Below are positions 46,135-47,067 of a stretch of 47,067 nucleotides of DNA, piece after piece. This DNA comes from an uncultured Methanospirillum sp. GTDB lineage: Archaea > Halobacteriota > Methanomicrobia > Methanomicrobiales > Methanospirillaceae. The stretch spans positions 1-47,067 of the forward strand of contig CAZWTX010000019.1 in the NCBI GenBank assembly GCA_964637135.1, in the 5' to 3' direction. Both the position numbers and the translations under genes were made by a program. Below the pieces are notes generated by a model that saw only the letters and a program-made list of their open reading frames with translations, had not been told where the DNA came from and ran no database searches. Each line of letters begins with the position of its first letter. Positions within the stretch are counted from its first letter, which is position 1.

Positions 46135-46145
46135 ATAGAGGAATT

Positions 46146-46484
46146 ATGGGAGATTATCTGGTGCGACTCGAATCGGCATGGCTGATCAAGGATGTCGATT
46201 CAGTGGATGACGCGATTGGCATCGCGATCAGCGAAGCGGGCAAACGACTGAATCCGACGGCAAAATATGTTGAGATAGAGGCAGGCGAACTTGCCTGTCC
46301 GTTTTGCGAAGAAGAGCTTCCAAGTACCCTTGTGATAGCGCATACCGCCCTCGTAGGGATTCTTCTCGAGATGAAGGTCTACAAGGCCGAATCAGAAGAA
46401 CACGCAAAACGGATTGCACGTTCAGTTATCGGGAAAGCGCTTCATGATATCCCCCTTGAAGTGATCGGGGTAGAAGTCCTGTGA
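46146..46484 (+). CDS. UPF0212/DUF555 family archaeal protein
   Basis: [20 protein letters not shown] and [11 protein letters not shown] motifs. Confidence 0.85.
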   Translation: MGDYLVRLESAWLIKDVDSVDDAIGIAISEAGKRLNPTAKYVEIEAGELACPFCEEELPSTLVIAHTALVGILLEMKVYKAESEEHAKRIARSVIGKALHDIPLEVIGVEVL

Positions 46485-47067
46485 TACACGTTGTCGGGCA
46501 CACTGCCATTGATCACATCTCTGCCGTATCCCACCTGCCTGAACCCAACGCATCGGCCTCGGTGCTGGAGAGAAAGATCTACTATGGCGGGGGAGCAGCA
46601 AACATTGCTGCAGGCATCGCGATGCTCGGCGAAGCGGTGACCCTTGTCAGTGCGGTCGGCGGTGACTTTGCAAACAGCCCGTATGATCTCTGGATGGAAA
46701 AACTTGGCATCACCCGTGAGTTTTACCTTGTGGAGGATGCCAATACCGCAACGGCGTTCATGTTCACCGATCCCGGTTCTGACCAGATGACCTTTTTTGA
46801 ATGGGGAGCTTCCTCTATCTTTGCCCGGGAATCTCCGCGGTCATACCCGATGGTACACATGGCGACCGCAGACCCGGAATATAATGTCCAGGTCGCCGAG
46901 AAAGCAGGTTTTTCCTCGTTTGATCCCGGCCAGGATCTTCACCGGTATACCCGGGAACACCTGGCCCGTATTTTTGCAGTTATCGATATTCTGGTTGCAA
47001 ACCACCACGAGTATGCAGGGATGTGCCGGACGATGGATATGACTCATGACGATCTCATTGCCGGCCT
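46481..47067 (+). CDS. PfkB/ribokinase-family (nucleoside) kinase, truncated by the window edge
   Basis: Not in the ORF track; GTG start overlapping the DUF555 stop reads [12 protein letters not shown]...[17 protein letters not shown]...SAVGGDF...FDPGQD...ANHHE, open to the end. Confidence 0.88.
   Translation, partial: MIHVVGHTAIDHISAVSHLPEPNASASVLERKIYYGGGAANIAAGIAMLGEAVTLVSAVGGDFANSPYDLWMEKLGITREFYLVEDANTATAFMFTDPGSDQMTFFEWGASSIFARESPRSYPMVHMATADPEYNVQVAEKAGFSSFDPGQDLHRYTREHLARIFAVIDILVANHHEYAGMCRTMDMTHDDLIAG

Noticed and set aside
1..47067. Mobile elements, defence systems, tRNA/rRNA
   Set aside because: No transposase, integrase, terminal inverted repeats, restriction/cas genes or stable-RNA signatures were recognised

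Overview
Archaeal chromosomal segment, most likely from a hydrogenotrophic methanogen of the Methanomicrobiales (Methanospirillum-like). This assignment is inferred from gene content: gatD/gatE, L10e, pyruvoyl arginine decarboxylase, archaellum genes and GGTGA/GGAGG ribosome-binding sites. It looks like a draft or metagenome assembly: there is a 100-N gap inside arlI and at least two other suspect junctions. In order, the window holds: an orphan preA, an MFS transporter, a stand-alone cheC, a small Cys/His protein and a Holliday-junction-resolvase-like gene; carA-carB-argG with divergent pdaD; a ~15 kb motility locus (minus-strand arlCDE-like, arlG, arlF, arlH, arlI, arlJ, an unknown membrane-anchored acidic protein, cheF, cheY, cheB, cheA[-cheC], cheD, plus a convergent TPR-repeat-CheC gene); adenine deaminase and a secreted TPR protein; an L10e-fumarase-korDABC-sucCD run; a nitrate/sulfonate-type ABC transporter; and argH-gatD-gatE, a DUF5350-like basic protein, a nitroreductase, DUF555 and a partial PfkB kinase. 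The main novelty candidates are in the motility locus. (1) CheA and CheC are joined in frame across an A10 tract, and CheC keeps its own SD and ATG. (2) A TPR-CheC protein carries four short helices resembling the FliM/FliY/CheZ CheY-binding peptides. (3) A divergent ArlCDE-like protein begins with a similar motif. No tRNA, rRNA, CRISPR array or transposase was recognised.
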